A stretch of DNA of 64,000 nt from Octopus sinensis. Its lineage: Eukaryota. The notes under the pieces are model-generated. The model saw nothing but the letters and a program-made list of their open reading frames with translations, was not told the origin of the DNA and ran no database searches. How positions within the stretch are numbered: the stretch's first letter is position 1; each line of letters opens with the position of its first letter. Positions 1 through 13,592 of this stretch are shown in pieces. The stretch is taken from NCBI RefSeq assembly GCF_006345805.1, contig NC_043015.1, positions 20,336,001-20,400,000 on the forward strand, in the 5' to 3' direction. The position numbers were made by a program, and so were the translations under genes.

Positions 1-962
1 TATTCTGCAAGTTTTCTTTTCAAAAATTTTCTATTTTCTTAAATAAACTATTAACGGCGAGTAACGTACCTCTTATAAATAGCTATTCTGCTTTCCCCCG
101 TATAATTGCATAGAGATGTATCGTTACATATATCTATATATATATAAAAGGGTTAACTTCTGCTTTGTAATAAGTTTGTTTACGAAAAATCATGTTTAAA
201 AATAATTTACATATGAATTATAATTAAACTGTTTAAACGCCGCATACATTCACATCCACCATATGTGCACATAATATAATTTGTTAGCTTTGTAACCAAT
301 GAATATTTAACTAAAACAGAATATGTTTCTAATACTAACTATGACATGTTTATTTGTGAAAGAAGAACAATAGAACTCGTCCCGTTTTACCTGATCAATT
401 TGTGATGAGGAAACGGGAGTATATAGTGTGAATAACTACTATTCAGCTATGGATGTATATAAATATACATGCCAACATATATATGTATACTCAGAGAACA
501 CCCATATATATGCATACATATACGTACCTACACGCAAACACACACACATGTATACACACATAGCATACATACATATACATATACTCATATGTACCAGTAT
601 ACGTATGAAGATACATGAACATACATAAACACATGCGTAAATGTGTGTATTCGTGTGTTAGCATTTGTATGTCATTATCTCCCTGACTCTATGTATGCGT
701 TTATGATAGTGTGTGTGTGTGTGTGTGTTAAGTCTTCCCGTGTGTGCGCCTGTGTTCGCGCGTGTTTTATGTCAGCTTGCAGTCCTTCGTTTGTTTTATT
801 GTCAATAAAGAAAACACGTGACTTCAATGACACTTTAAATAACCCCAAGAATTGATAATTGATAATTGAATTTTTAGGAAAAGAATGACCTGGAATCGAT
901 TCGTATCATAGCAACCACTGTGAAACACACGCACACATATCTGCACCTATACATACATATAT

Positions 963-1013
<51 letters not shown>

Positions 1014-1037
1014 ATATATATATACACGCACACACAC

Positions 1038-1077
<40 letters not shown>

Positions 1078-1180
1078 GTGTTTATATATATATACAAACA
1101 TACATGTATGATATATATGTATATATATATGCATATTTATATATAATTTTATGAACTCTTTTATATACATACAACGCATT

Positions 1181-1215
<35 letters not shown>

Positions 1216-2046
1216 ATGTGTGTGTCTGTGTGTGTGTATGCACATATGTATATATATGTATGTATATTTTATGTACACACATGTATTTTCATACACACAC
1301 ATCCCTATCTGCCTGTCTCTCTGTCTATCTGTGCGCGCGCAAGTATGTGCCTCCATGTGGAAGTGTAAACATGACGGTTCTACAATAAAAAGATCAGGCG
1401 ATGTTATCTATGAGCAGTTCGACAGACACCGATGTACATCCAACCACACACACACACACATTGCACAGAAAGAAAGTACTATGTCTTAGACATTGAAATT
1501 CAATTGTTATCTGAAGAAATAATGGTTGTTCCCTTGATGTATGGCACTGTGTTGGCCGTCGGTTATGGCGGCGGCGGTTACAGATGTTGTCAAGGTGTTG
1601 GTGGTGGCGTGCTGGTTGTAGTGGTGTCGATGGTGGGGGATCGTTGTTAGAGTGGTGGGGGTGGCAGTGGTTGTGGTAGTGGTGGGGTAATGGGTTTTGT
1701 GTATGGCAATGATGTAACGAGTAACCATTATTTTCACGATGATGGTTATGATGCCGTTTTGTATGCGTGATCGTAAAAATTATGACGGTGGTAGTATGAT
1801 GGTGATAGTAATTACAGCTATGACTCTGCTGTTGACTACGATGGTATGGTTGTAGTTGGTAGTAGTTTTGACGGTAGTTGCGATGGTGTTATAGGCAATA
1901 GTGGTTTGGTGAGGTTGTTATTGTATTGGTTATGAGTCTCACTGGTGAAAGTGGTATGTGATGGTATGGTAGTGGTTGTGGTAGCAATTATAATGAAAGC
2001 TATGATAGAGTATTGAAGCTGAAAGTATTCCCACGCGGTGGTGTTT

Positions 2047-2325
2047 ATAGGCGCAGATGTGGCTGTATGGAAAGAACTTTGCTTCCCAACTACTTGGGAC
2101 TGGGTTCGATCCCTTTGCGTGGTACCTTGGGTGGGTGTCTTCTACTACAACCTCGGGCTGACCAAAAAAAAAAAAGCCCGTCGAATAAATGTAAATATGA
2201 TTGTGTGTGGATGAGTGTTTTAGTCCTGCCCCATCGCTTGACAACCGGTGCTGGTGTGTTTACGTCCCCATAATTTAGCAGTTGGGTAAAAGAGAGAGAT
2301 AAAATAAGTACCTGGCTTAAAAAAG
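2047..2325 (+). mobile_element. tRNA-derived SINE, family A (Octopus OK/OR-like)
   Basis: Head with B-box GGGTTCGATCCC, then gtaccttgggtgggtgtcttctac and ggtgtgtttacgtcccc. Head or tail fragments also lie at ~2700-2790, 17185-17330, 18880-19025, 26290-26450, 32680-32830 and 56600-56770. Confidence 0.75.
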
Positions 2326-3619
2326 TAACACATGCACATTCTTACACGCACGCACACACACACACACACACATACACACACACACACATACACACACACA
2401 CACACAGACATGGATATTCTTTTGCTTATTATTCATTGGACAACGGCCATACTGGGACACCGCCTTGAATGGAGTAGGGGAACAAATCGACCATAACACT
2501 ATTTGAAGTCTGGTATTTTGACCATTGTTCCTTTTTAAACGAACAAATAGCCTAAGGAAACGTAAACAAACCAACACCGATTGCCAAACGGTGTGGATGA
2601 TGAACAAACACAAGGATACACAGACACACAGACAGACATACACACACGCACATGGCGGGCTCTTGTAGTATTCGTCAGTTCAAGGTTATAGGAGTCACCC
2701 AGCCTTGGTGTCGCAGAGTGGGACGGAACACAAAACCAGATGGGTGCGAAGCGAACTTCTTAACGGCAGAGTCATGCCTGCATTCATACATACATACGTA
2801 TGGCTTTCATGTAACTGCGGAAGACCATCACTGACCATTGCCCAAGCAAAATGCAAGCAATACCCATGCATTGCGTTTACTGTACCAGCAGTCGACTTCC
2901 CCCGAGTTCGCATCCGCCGTTTGCATGCTTGCCGCGGCACCCTCCTACTCGTCCGAGCATCGGACAGTCGCCTGGTCGGCGATTGCACAACCTAAAACTT
3001 TATGTCCAATAAAACTTGCACAGCAGCGCAGACTCTGTAAGCGACAGACTACGCTGATGACCTTGGAGATGTCTGCGTGTTTTATATACGTAGATATTAG
3101 CAAGTGAAACCAATGGTACATAGGTATTCGCTTTTATTTCGTATGTTTTCATTTGTCTTGCTCATTTCTTTACATCTTGGCGTTTTGCTGAGATTTGTTT
3201 CTTGAAAACACATTCTTCGTGGTAATGGCGATTTGGCGTCTATGTTTAGCATATAAGGTACCCACTCAAATTTTATATATATATATATATATATTGTCAA
3301 ACTTTCTGATAGTGTTGGGATCTAGTTTTCTTTTTTATTATAATTATACAGACACACATATATACCTCTATTCTTTACAACATCCCAACTTCACAGAAAA
3401 GTTTTTAAAATGTTGAGAAAATATAAAAGGAAAAAAAATTCTTTTAAACGCCTTCCATCTCTAGAAATCAAAAAAATTACATTGATACATACATACACAC
3501 ACACACATTCACACATATATATATAATTTATTAAAAAATTATATAGTATATATCAATGTGTATACATAGATGTGTATGTATGTATATATCAATGTATGTA
3601 TTATATAATACATACATAA

Positions 3620-3685
<66 letters not shown>

Positions 3686-3845
3686 ATATATATAAATTCA
3701 AGGCAAGAAATATAAGAAGCTATGGAAATTAGATGGTTGGAGATAAGAAGTCGATGACAAGCTTTTGTGGAGTTCGCTGTCAGAGGTGATATGAAGACAG
3801 TTTCACGTTTTCTTCCTACAGATTAAATTCGATTTGGATATTTCA

Positions 3846-3882
<37 letters not shown>

Positions 3883-4017
3883 ATAATATTGTGCGCATGC
3901 GTAAGATGTACTTTGTGAATGTGTGCGTCTTTGTGTATGCTTGTGTCTGATTTCTTTAAATGCTTTTCTTTTCTGTTGCGAGTGTGTCCATATGTGTGTG
4001 TTTATGTGTATGTGTGT

Positions 4018-4056
<39 letters not shown>

Positions 4057-4413
4057 AGTGTGTGTGTATAGAGCGCACTATTCTACGAATGTTAATATAA
4101 GTACGAATATATTGTGTGTATGTGTTGTGAATAAAATGTATGTGTGTGTGTGTATACATATGTGTGTACGTATGTGTGTATATGTGTATATGGTGTTGTA
4201 TTGTGTGATGTAAATGTGTGTGTTGCGAATGTGTAAGCATGTGTATGTGTTTGTGTTGGTTTATTCGACGAATGTGGAAATATGCGTGAGTGTGTTGTAA
4301 ATATATACACGACGTATTCCTGTGTGTGTGTATTTGTGTTGGGTTATTGTGTATGTTTATGAGATTTGGAAATGCGTGCAAACGTGTGAATGTATATCTA
4401 TATGTCTACGTGT

Positions 4414-4414
4414 A

Positions 4415-4502
<88 letters not shown>

Positions 4503-4503
4503 A
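4414..4503. repeat. (TATC)n microsatellite
   Basis: Direct reading. Similar arrays at 9636-9784 (compound TATC/TGTC), 32110-32180 and 52215-52302. Confidence 0.95.
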
Positions 4504-4811
4504 GATAGTCTGTCTGTCTGCCTACGTGCCTGCCTCTTTATCTGCTTGTCTGTTAGTATCGCTGAGTGTGTAAAAATATATGTCTCTATATAGATGTGTG
4601 CATTGACGTGAATACATCTGTACATGTGTGTACTTGTGGGTATAAGAAGGCAGGTGTGCGTGTAGATGCGTGTGACTAGTATGAGGATCTGTGTTCGTGT
4701 GTGTGGCTGTGTGTGTGGCTGTGTGTATGCATGTAGAGAAGCGGTATGTAAGTGTGTGTTTGTATACTTATTACACGTGTATATAATAAATATATGTGTA
4801 CATGCTCATTA

Positions 4812-5024
4812 AGTAGGGTTGAAAGGTTCCTGGCTTTGAGTAAAAGAAAATACAAGCGGATCGATTAATTATCATTCTATTCAACATATTCCATTCTCAG
4901 AGTCACACACTCATTGCAGCAGCCCTTCAGATTTTCTAAACCCTGTAAAAGAACTAGGATTGTTGGGCCTCGACTACACCTTCCACGATATCCTTAAAGC
5001 CAGGAACTTTTCAGCATCCCCTCG
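4812..5024. mobile_element. Mariner-type MITE, copy 1
   Basis: Ends gggttgaaaggttcctggcttt and aaagccaggaacttttcagcatcccctcg are inverted. The internal sequence is shared with 6930-7096 and 36042-36252. Confidence 0.7.
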
Positions 5025-5049
5025 AATACACACACACACACACACATAA

Positions 5050-5175
5050 TATTTCTCTCCTTGTTTTTTTCTGTGACCCTTTCTGTAGAAGAGCGTAGGC
5101 TCGAAACGTAAAAGACTTTTTTATTCCTGAGCGTTATACTAATACATCTGTTTGTTTTGTACACCACCTGTCTCC
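5050..5175 (+). mobile_element. Penelope-like terminal repeat, GAGC-gtag-GCTC family
   Basis: ctttCTGTAGAAGAGCGTAGGCTCGAAACGTAAAAG; homologues at 30550-30705 (+) and 29540-29680 (-). Confidence 0.6.
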
Positions 5176-5274
5176 CTATATTTCATTTCATACATCCAGT
5201 TTCAGCTCACGAGCTGTGGCCATGCTGGGGCATCGCCATTCGGTGTTGCTATACGATTTTACTTCACGAATGCT

Positions 5275-6920
5275 TTTAAGCAATTGACATCTGGTGCATG
5301 AGAGAGTTTGATGCAGCTGCCCTCATCTGCACCTCTTGCCGTGAAGTTGGTTCACCTGGGACACCTGACAGGAAGAGGTCCAGCTTTATTTTAAAGACAT
5401 CTGTATCCACCCCATGCAGGTCTCTCAGGTCCTTCGGGAGGATATTGAAGAGCTGTGGACCTCTGAAGTCCAGGCTATCGCAGTATCTTGTCCCACATCT
5501 TGATGGCAAATTTGGAGTCCTTGGCACAATGCAGTGGCGCCCAGTTATAGTATTTGTGTAACTCTCGATGCCAGAGTTTGGGACAAGTCCTTCCAGGATC
5601 TTCCAGATGTATATTATAGCATATCTTTCTCGCCTACGCTCTAAGGAATAGAGTCAATCTCTTGAGTCTTTCCCAATAGCTTATATGCTGTATAGAGGCT
5701 ATCTTCTTCGTGTAGCTTCGTTGGATTGCCTCAAGAACTGTGATTAATTTGACATTGGTTGGTGACCATAGCTGAGAGCAATAGTCAAAGTGGCTTAGGA
5801 CCTCCAGAGGACCATCATGGTTTCCTGGTCTCTTGTTCTAAAAGCTCTAAGAATCCATCCGTCAGCCGCCTACATTTCATTGCCAATTTAGCAACATGCA
5901 CATGAAAGGTTGCATCATTACTCATGTAAATACCCAGGTCTCGCACTGATTGTACCTCTGGGATTGCAATCCCTCCAGGTCCAGTGTATTTATTGGGTAT
6001 TGCATTTAGTTTTGCATGCTGATAGCATAAAGCTTGAAACTTTTCAGCATTGAACTGCATGCTATTCGTTTCAGCCCACTTGTATATTTCGTCCAGCTCA
6101 CATAGTGTCTTCAGGGTTCTGTATTACCTGTGAAACTTTTGTATCATCTGCATAACTTGTGATCGTGGCTCTCTGCGTGGCTGAGGGCATGTCTGAGAGG
6201 GACATTATAAACAGCAGTGGTCCCAAAACAGTGCCTTGCGGAACACTGCCCACTATTTGCGTGTTATTAGAGGTGGCCCCATTGGCTACTACCACCTGAC
6301 TTCCATCCTTCAGAAAGTCATGAAGCCATTCTCCCAATTTTCCAACTATGCCAAGATCACGTAGTTTGTGACATATCATTCCATGATCGACTTAAACAAA
6401 TGCCTTTGCAAAGTCGAAATATATCACTTCCACATTTGAGTGGTTGAGCAGTTGTTTCAGCAGCCAGTCATAGTGTTGTAGGAGCTGAGTTAGGCAGCTT
6501 CTTCCTGGTCGGAAACCATGTTGGATGTCAGGCAGCAAGTCATTTTCCTCAAGGAAGATGATTAGTTTCCTTCTGACTATTCGTTCCATGACCTTGCTGA
6601 TGTGTGAGGTCAGAGAGATAGGTCTGTAGTTCTTGGCCACCGCTCTGCTACCTCCTTTATGAAGAGGGCATATTTTACCCTCTTTCAGTTTTCTTGGAAG
6701 GTTGCCAGTTGCAAGGAAGCTCTGAAAGAGGAACTGTAGTGGTCTTGCTAGGACTCTCTTACATACTTTTAGAAGGATTGCTGGGAATCCATCGGGGCCA
6801 GTAGCTGAGTTTGGGTTCATTTCATCTATAGCCCTTATTACATCGTCTTCCTTTATATTGATGTAATCAATCATCATTGCCTCTGATTTTATATCTGCAG
6901 TGGTAAAGAAGTCAGTTATA
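5275..6920 (-). mobile_element. 5'-truncated, frameshifted CR1/L2-group LINE ORF2 (reverse transcriptase)
   Basis: Motifs NSATGPDGFP, NYRPISLTSHISKVMER, QHGFRPGRSCLTQLL, FDFAKAF, SVPQGTVLGPLLF, SYADDTKV, MQFNAEKF and C-terminal FNILPKDLR...NSL, in successive frames. Confidence 0.92.
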
Positions 6921-6929
6921 CACACACAC

Positions 6930-7096
6930 GCAAAGAGGTACTGAAAATTTTCTGGCTTTATGGAAAGGAATATACTGGAGGATCAGTTAATTATGATTTT
7001 ATTTAGCGTATTCACCTCTCAAATTCACACACGTATTGCAGCGGCCCTTCAGTGTTTCTAAACCCTGTAAAAGAACTCGGAGTAGTAGATCAGACT
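6930..7096. mobile_element. Same MITE, truncated copy 2
   Basis: Left TIR plus internal ttgcagcggcccttcagtgtttctaaaccctgtaaaagaactcgg; the right TIR is absent. Confidence 0.6.
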
Positions 7097-7373
7097 CTTG
7101 TTGACGCTGATCCGTTGTATGGTGACACAGTTCTTCCTCATGGCCGCAATAAGCCTGAACTCGTTGCTCTAGGACGCCTCCACCTTGTTAGTTATCCAAC
7201 GTCCTGCTGTCGGTGTTTTCCTCATATTTCTGGCTGGTGAGGCTAAGGGGTTACTAGCATTTGCCCAAGGTAACACTCCAATCTACGAATGGAAGGGGCA
7301 AACAAATTGCTCTCCCTTTTCGACCTGCCGCTAATGTGAGTGCCGTACGGTACGGTAACAACACACACACTCA

Positions 7374-7436
<63 letters not shown>

Positions 7437-8521
7437 ACATAGTGTCAAACGGGGCGACTGGTATCCTAAGTCAGCAGAAATTGTATTTATTGATAAAGTG
7501 TAAAAATCTTCAGTTCTTATGTTATCGAGATACGGGCTTCTGATATTTTGCGCAGATCCGTCTTTGGGGATAGGTGAAAGATTTCATTCTTTTATTATCC
7601 TTAAGAACGTGAACATAATAGTGAATGACAGGGAATGCCCCAAGTTAAGTGCTTGCGCATTCATTGGAAGGAAGTGGGTGGAAAGAGATAAGAAGGTATA
7701 TTTGTACATGAGTATAGTTGCATACACCCATACACATACAAATGCAACGATGCATATACACACATGCATATGTACACATAAACATGCACTTTTACCCACA
7801 CACACACGTACACACACACATAGATACATACACACACTTGGATGATCGATTTCGCATGCACCTTCACAGCCTAATCCAGCATAAACCTGGGGAAATTTTG
7901 GCCCTCATTTCAACACACATACCAAACCCATTAACCACCTCTTCGTGTCCGGCGCTTCTGTACACCATTGCGGAACGTAACTGTCGGAAATGTACAAAAC
8001 TATCCTTCATATTAACATGCATGGGCAACAAGTGATCTGCCTTTTTCTGTTACGTTTTACCGTGTTTCCCCTCTTTTGGAATAAGGATGAAGAAAAACTG
8101 TCTCACGCTCAAAAGCAGGATTGCATCCAAAACGCTTGGAAAATCTGCGAACCGTGTAGTTGTAATTTACCAACATAATCTCATTTGATTATATAAGAAG
8201 TTAAAAGGACAAGGGAATATAAATTATGTTATGAACTTCAATAGCTTACAGTTTTTTCTGATATAAAATGCAAGAACTTATAGCTGAATGCCTGTGTATC
8301 AGCCTATAGGTTTGGAGCTCTGATGAATCTATTGTGTGATACGCAATCATTCAACAAAGAGTGCATTATATCTTATAGCAAATGAAGCTCATGGCATAAT
8401 TACTTATTCCTTTGTCATTTCAATTTATTACTGCTCTGTACTCAACTGACACTTTATACTGAAACGTGTGTGTATTGACTTCTGACACCAAGCTATTTGT
8501 ATCTCTATGCTTAAACGAAAT

Positions 8522-8591
<70 letters not shown>

Positions 8592-9632
8592 TACTACTAC
8601 TACTACTACTACTACTACTAAATAACAATAATAATAATTAAAAAAAAATAATAATGCTATATATGTATATATACGTATAGTGTGTTTGTATCTTTATGTG
8701 TATAAGTGTGCATTACGTAGATACATATCTGTGTCAGTGTGTCTATGTATAATTGCATTGGAAGCAATACCTTCTAACATATTCACATACAGATACATGC
8801 ACACATATAGATTCATGCATACATACACATATGCATGCACTTCTTCACATACACACACACACACACACACACATTTACGGAACTGCATTCACAACCTGAG
8901 GCGTTCACACATACAAACACACATACGCATATACGAATTGACTGGCATACACTCATATACCATACAATCCCAATACACACAGTCTTCAGGTACTGACACA
9001 GACATACATATTCACAATAGAGTGATAGGTACACACAGATGCATAAATGCGCGTAAACAGACAATCATACGCGCGCAAACACACACTCAGACATACATAT
9101 TCTATGCGAATCTCACACATACGCACACTGAGAGTTATATACAGAAACGCACACACACATACACACACTGTAAGCAATACAACACACACAGACTTATGTC
9201 GAATCACCTCACCCCATCTCTATTACCAATTTGTAATCAAACATTCACGCCATCTTATTAAATGTGTGTTATCAGCTAAGATGCTATCACACATCTTATT
9301 TAGATCAGTTTAATCAGAAGCGTAGGAGGTGATTTAATCATCTTGATACTATTTAAGAATTCTCTGCGATATATTTAAACATTTCTTGATTTTGGAAATT
9401 AAAAGCAAACAGCATCAAAAACAAGTAAGACGAGATAAAAATAAAATACAGCTCTACAAAAAAATAAAGAAAGTATAAAGGAAAAAGGAAAATGGTGAAA
9501 GGAGAAAACAGGAAGAATCAAGAAAGAACCGAACGCCATAACGGATGAGGCTGCTTTTATTCAGTAACAAATTCTTCAACTTCGCAAAGAAATTTGATAA
9601 AACCTCACGAAATATTTGTTGTTATCTCTCTC

Positions 9633-9785
<153 letters not shown>

Positions 9786-10011
9786 GGTCTCTGTGTATTC
9801 ATACAGTGTGTGCCAAAAAAAAAAAAAAAAAACAACAAAAAGTATCAAAATGCAGCCGCGGCTTCAGCTGAAGCCATCAGATTATATCTACAGATTGCAA
9901 CATGCAGTCAAACCACTCCATTTTCTTCTAATATTTCTTTGGACTAGTACTATGTGATTGAAATTGGTAAACGGAAACTGTGCGGATATCCATCGTCTCT
10001 TCCCCTCTCTC

Positions 10012-10061
<50 letters not shown>

Positions 10062-10067
<6 letters not shown>

Positions 10068-10758
10068 CATCCCATAAATAATGCGGTTTTTTTATACTTC
10101 TTTTATTTTTATAAACGAAGTGCTTTCTAATCTAAAAATATACTCTCCTTCATTTTCTACAATGCTCTTCCATCTATCTGGTAGACTTGCAAGACCCCTC
10201 TTCCAAAATTCACTGTGACCGTGACGAAAAATACTCCTCCAGTAACTGTTCTGACCTCCCCTATAGAATTCATATTTTATCCGTCCAAATGATTTTGAAG
10301 ACTATGGAATATATGATAATCAGATGAGTCGATGTCCGGTGAGTGAAGCATCGTTTCCCACTCAAACTGCTCCAGCCTTTGGAATGTCATCTTCGCTGTG
10401 CGCGGTCGAGCATTATTCTGATGGAACAACAACTTTCGTCTTGAAACCAAAGATGGCTTACACTTATTATCCGATCCCAATATACTACATTAATATTCCT
10501 TGCACTTTCCATTGCGTTGTTGCCTTTATTGAACACATGAAGTAAAATATGCCGAATATGCTCCTTTGTCATTTCCATAGCTTTGAACAAATAACTGTTG
10601 AAATCGAATTGCACTCTTCAAAACTTGGGCTAACAATAAGCGCAAGGTAAAATTACTACCTATTTTTATAGCAAGTTGATGCAGGTAGTTTATCCCTTCC
10701 CCGTCCGTCTTTTAGTTCATGCAATTGAAAAAAACCGCTCTATTTATGGTATCAACAA
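10062..10758 (-). mobile_element. Internally deleted mariner element
   Basis: TIRs ttggatcatcccataaataatgcggtttttt and aaaaaaaccgctctatttatggtatcaacaa within TA runs. Remnants MEMTKEHIRHILLHVFNKG and LLFHQNNARPRTA...HSPDIDSSDYHIFHSLQNHLDG match the mariner N-terminus and third-D region. Confidence 0.85.
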
Positions 10759-10766
10759 TATATATA

Positions 10767-11982
10767 CAGGGATTGGACAAAATAATGGAAACACTTTAAA
10801 ATTTCAAACAAATTTATTTTAATATCAGGTAGGACCGCCTTTGGCAGTAATTACAGCTTGAATTCTACGAGGCCTGGACTCGTACAAAGTTTGAATTGTT
10901 TCCAAAGGAATTTTTGTCCATTCTTCAGCTAAAACAGTCTCCAGTTTTTGTAGTGGTGATGGTGAAGGATATCGACTCCTTACTTGTTTTTCTAAAATGC
11001 ATCCTAAATGTTCAGTAATATTGAGATCTGGGGACTGTGGTGGCCAGATAAGATGTTCAACTTCACTAGAATGTTCATCGTGCCATTCAGTAACAACTTT
11101 AGCTGTGTGAATTGGTGCATTATCATCCTGAAAGATCGCGTTTCCCCCCAGAAACAGTTCCGCAACAATAGGATGAATTTGATCTGATAAAATGCTTAAA
11201 TATTCTTCACTATTAATTCTACCATGAAGGGAAACTATTGGAACGGCAGATTTCCGGGATATAGCGCCCCTCCACCAGATCATCATAGATCCTTCTCCAT
11301 GTTTAACAGTTGGAAGAAGGCAGTCTGGGTCAAATGCTTCTTTTGGCTGTCTCCACACGCATACTCAGGCGCTAGTCGGAAATAAGGTAAAGGATGACAC
11401 GCCCGAGAAAATGACATTCTTCCACTGCTCTAAGGACCAATTCTGTAGGTTTTTACTTCACTCTAAATGCTTTACAACGTTTGTTTTTGAAAGTAGTGGT
11501 TTTCTGATTGCAGCCCTATCGTCACATCTGGCGAACAGTTTTTGTGGAAACTGGGCTCACAAGGTGGTCATTAAGCTCTGCAATAATTTTGGGAGCTGTA
11601 CTTTTGTCATCCTTTCTAACAATTCGCGTAATAGTCCCACGGCCCCTATCTGAAACCTTCTCAAAGGCTGTCATCACTTTCGCGACAGTAGTTCTTGATA
11701 CACCAAACATTACGGCTGTTTTCGTTACGCTAGCGCCTGCCTTCTGAGCACCAACAATTAGACCTCTTTGAAAGTCTGATAGATCTGTCATTTTAATGAA
11801 TTTTAATTACCTTTTTCTGATGATATCTAAAAAGAAACAGCAATTTTAGCAAAACGTATTAACAAACACTAAAAATGAAAAAAAAAACCCATAAAAATAA
11901 ACAATATTTTGACGGTTTTATAGATATTTCAAAATTATGATGCTATGATGCTTGGTGTTTCTATTACTTTGTCCAGCCTCTC
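10767..11982 (-). mobile_element. Full-length (~1.2 kb) defective Tc1-superfamily transposon with DD36E spacing (Incomer-like)
   Basis: TIRs cagggattggacaaaataatggaaacac (10767) and gtgtttctattactttgtccagcctctc (ending 11982), each flanked by TA. Transposase pieces include TDLSDFQRGLIVGA, RAAIRKPLLSK, WKNVIFS, FQDDNAPIH and WPPQSPDLNITE, with 36 residues between D and E. It has stops, a deletion and a mutated first D. Confidence 0.9.
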
Positions 11983-12031
11983 TACATGTATGTGTGCGTG
12001 CGTGTGTAAAATGGGAATTTTAAAGACTTAC

Positions 12032-12090
12032 CTTTCATCAATTCGAAAGACATCTGTTCGGTTTTTGAAGCCAAAAATAAGAGGCGCTTT
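12032..12090 (-). CDS. Probable next coding exon of the same cadherin gene (phase 0-2)
   Basis: Strong acceptor tattttatgttccttgttattttcAG and perfect donor AAG|GTAAGT. Frame 0 gives KAPLIFGFKNRTDVFRIDE(S/R), which continues the repeat after ...TLPVIYKA and supplies the F.ID motif that precedes the G.I strand. Confidence 0.7.
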
Positions 12091-12121
12091 CTGAAAATAA
12101 CAAGGAACATAAAATATTGTC

Positions 12122-12163
<42 letters not shown>

Positions 12164-12164
12164 C

Positions 12165-12562
12165 CGTTCTACTATAGGCACAGGACCTGAAATTTTGCGG
12201 GAGGGGGATAGTAGATTTCATTGACCCCAGTACTTGACTAGCACTTACTTAATTGACGCTTAAAATAGGAAGGGCAAATTCGACCTCGGCAGAATTTGAA
12301 CTCGGAACGTAGCGCCAGACGAAATACCTATTTCTTTACTACCCACAAGGGGCTAAACACAGAAAGGACAAACAAGGACAGACAAATGGATTAAGTCGAT
12401 TACATCGACTCCAGTGCGTAACTGGTACTTAATTTATCGACCCTGAAAGGATGAAAGGCAAAGTCGACCTCGGCTGAATTTGAACTCAGAATGTAACGGC
12501 AGACGAAATACGGCTACGCCTTTCGCCCGGCGTGCTAACGTTTCTGCCAGCTCGCCGCCTAA
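12165..12562 (-). mobile_element. tRNA-derived SINE, family B (Nin/Deu-like domain, internally duplicated, (AAT)n tail)
   Basis: Head ggcggcgagctggcagaaacgttag...gagttcaaattc (A and B boxes); the core gccgaggtcgactttgcctttcatcctttc..gtcgataaattaagtaccag is present twice. Confidence 0.8.
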
Positions 12563-12909
12563 GTAGTAATAATAATAATAAGAAGAAGAAGAAAGAAAGA
12601 AATAATTGCGATAATATTAGTAATGTAATTAGGTTTTCTTTTTAATATAAGAAAACGGTAATTAAATATTTGCATTCATTCTACACACGCAACATGAATA
12701 CAAAACTGATGATGGAATATCACTTCATGCGAAAACAAAAAAAAAAAAAAAGAGAAACGAAAGAAAAATTCTGGAAACAGAAGAGATTTCAATGATGAAC
12801 AAATGAGATTACAATATTAAGGCACAAGGATTCAGCCCGATGGTCGTAGCAGAGAAGTAGGTGATATCTGAACATGAAAGGCAAGGAGGATAATGGACCG
12901 ACACAAAGT

Positions 12910-12954
<45 letters not shown>

Positions 12955-13244
12955 TACATGCGTGTGTGTTATATACGATATCTATAATGGACATATTTTA
13001 GATTCTGCTTCTCATCATAATCTTTCACATATTTATGTATTATTTATCCAGTCGCAGTTTTCTTCTTTTCAACTTATATTTTATAGTCAGCCTTTTTTTT
13101 TGTAAACTATACGTTCAAATGTGCGTATACTTATGTGCGCACGTACATACATTGGGATATAGATTTTTCTAGTGACAGGAGCTAGGATTCGAACAAACCA
13201 AAGGAGGTTTATATAAAGATAAATATATATACATATGAAAGAAA

Positions 13245-13286
13245 ATCGAATATATATATATGTATATATATATATATAATATAAAT

Positions 13287-13317
<31 letters not shown>

Positions 13318-13406
13318 AATATATATATAATATAATTATATATATATAAATATATATAATATATATATATAAATATATATATATATTAAATATATATATA
13401 TATCAT

Positions 13407-13438
<32 letters not shown>

Positions 13439-13489
13439 TAAAATATAATATATATAAATATATATATATATTATATAATATATATAAAT

Positions 13490-13560
<71 letters not shown>

Positions 13561-13592
13561 AATATATATATAATATTATATATATATATATA
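13245..13592. repeat. Degenerate (TA)n array
   Basis: Direct reading. Similar arrays at 22240-22640, 15585-15690 and 35490-35640. Confidence 0.95.

Noticed and set aside
375-420. CCCGTTT/AAACGGG hairpin containing CTGA and TGATGA (snoRNA or hammerhead?)
   Set aside because: C and D boxes are in the wrong order and there is no stem II.
4812-7096. LINE fragment flanked by two same-orientation MITEs, resembling a composite transposon
   Set aside because: The second MITE lacks its outer TIR and there is no shared target duplication; independent insertions explain it.
7923-7980. Minus-strand 58-nt exon candidate as the next cadherin exon
   Set aside because: The phase-2 translation SYVPQWCTEAP lacks the expected G.I strand and cadherin character.
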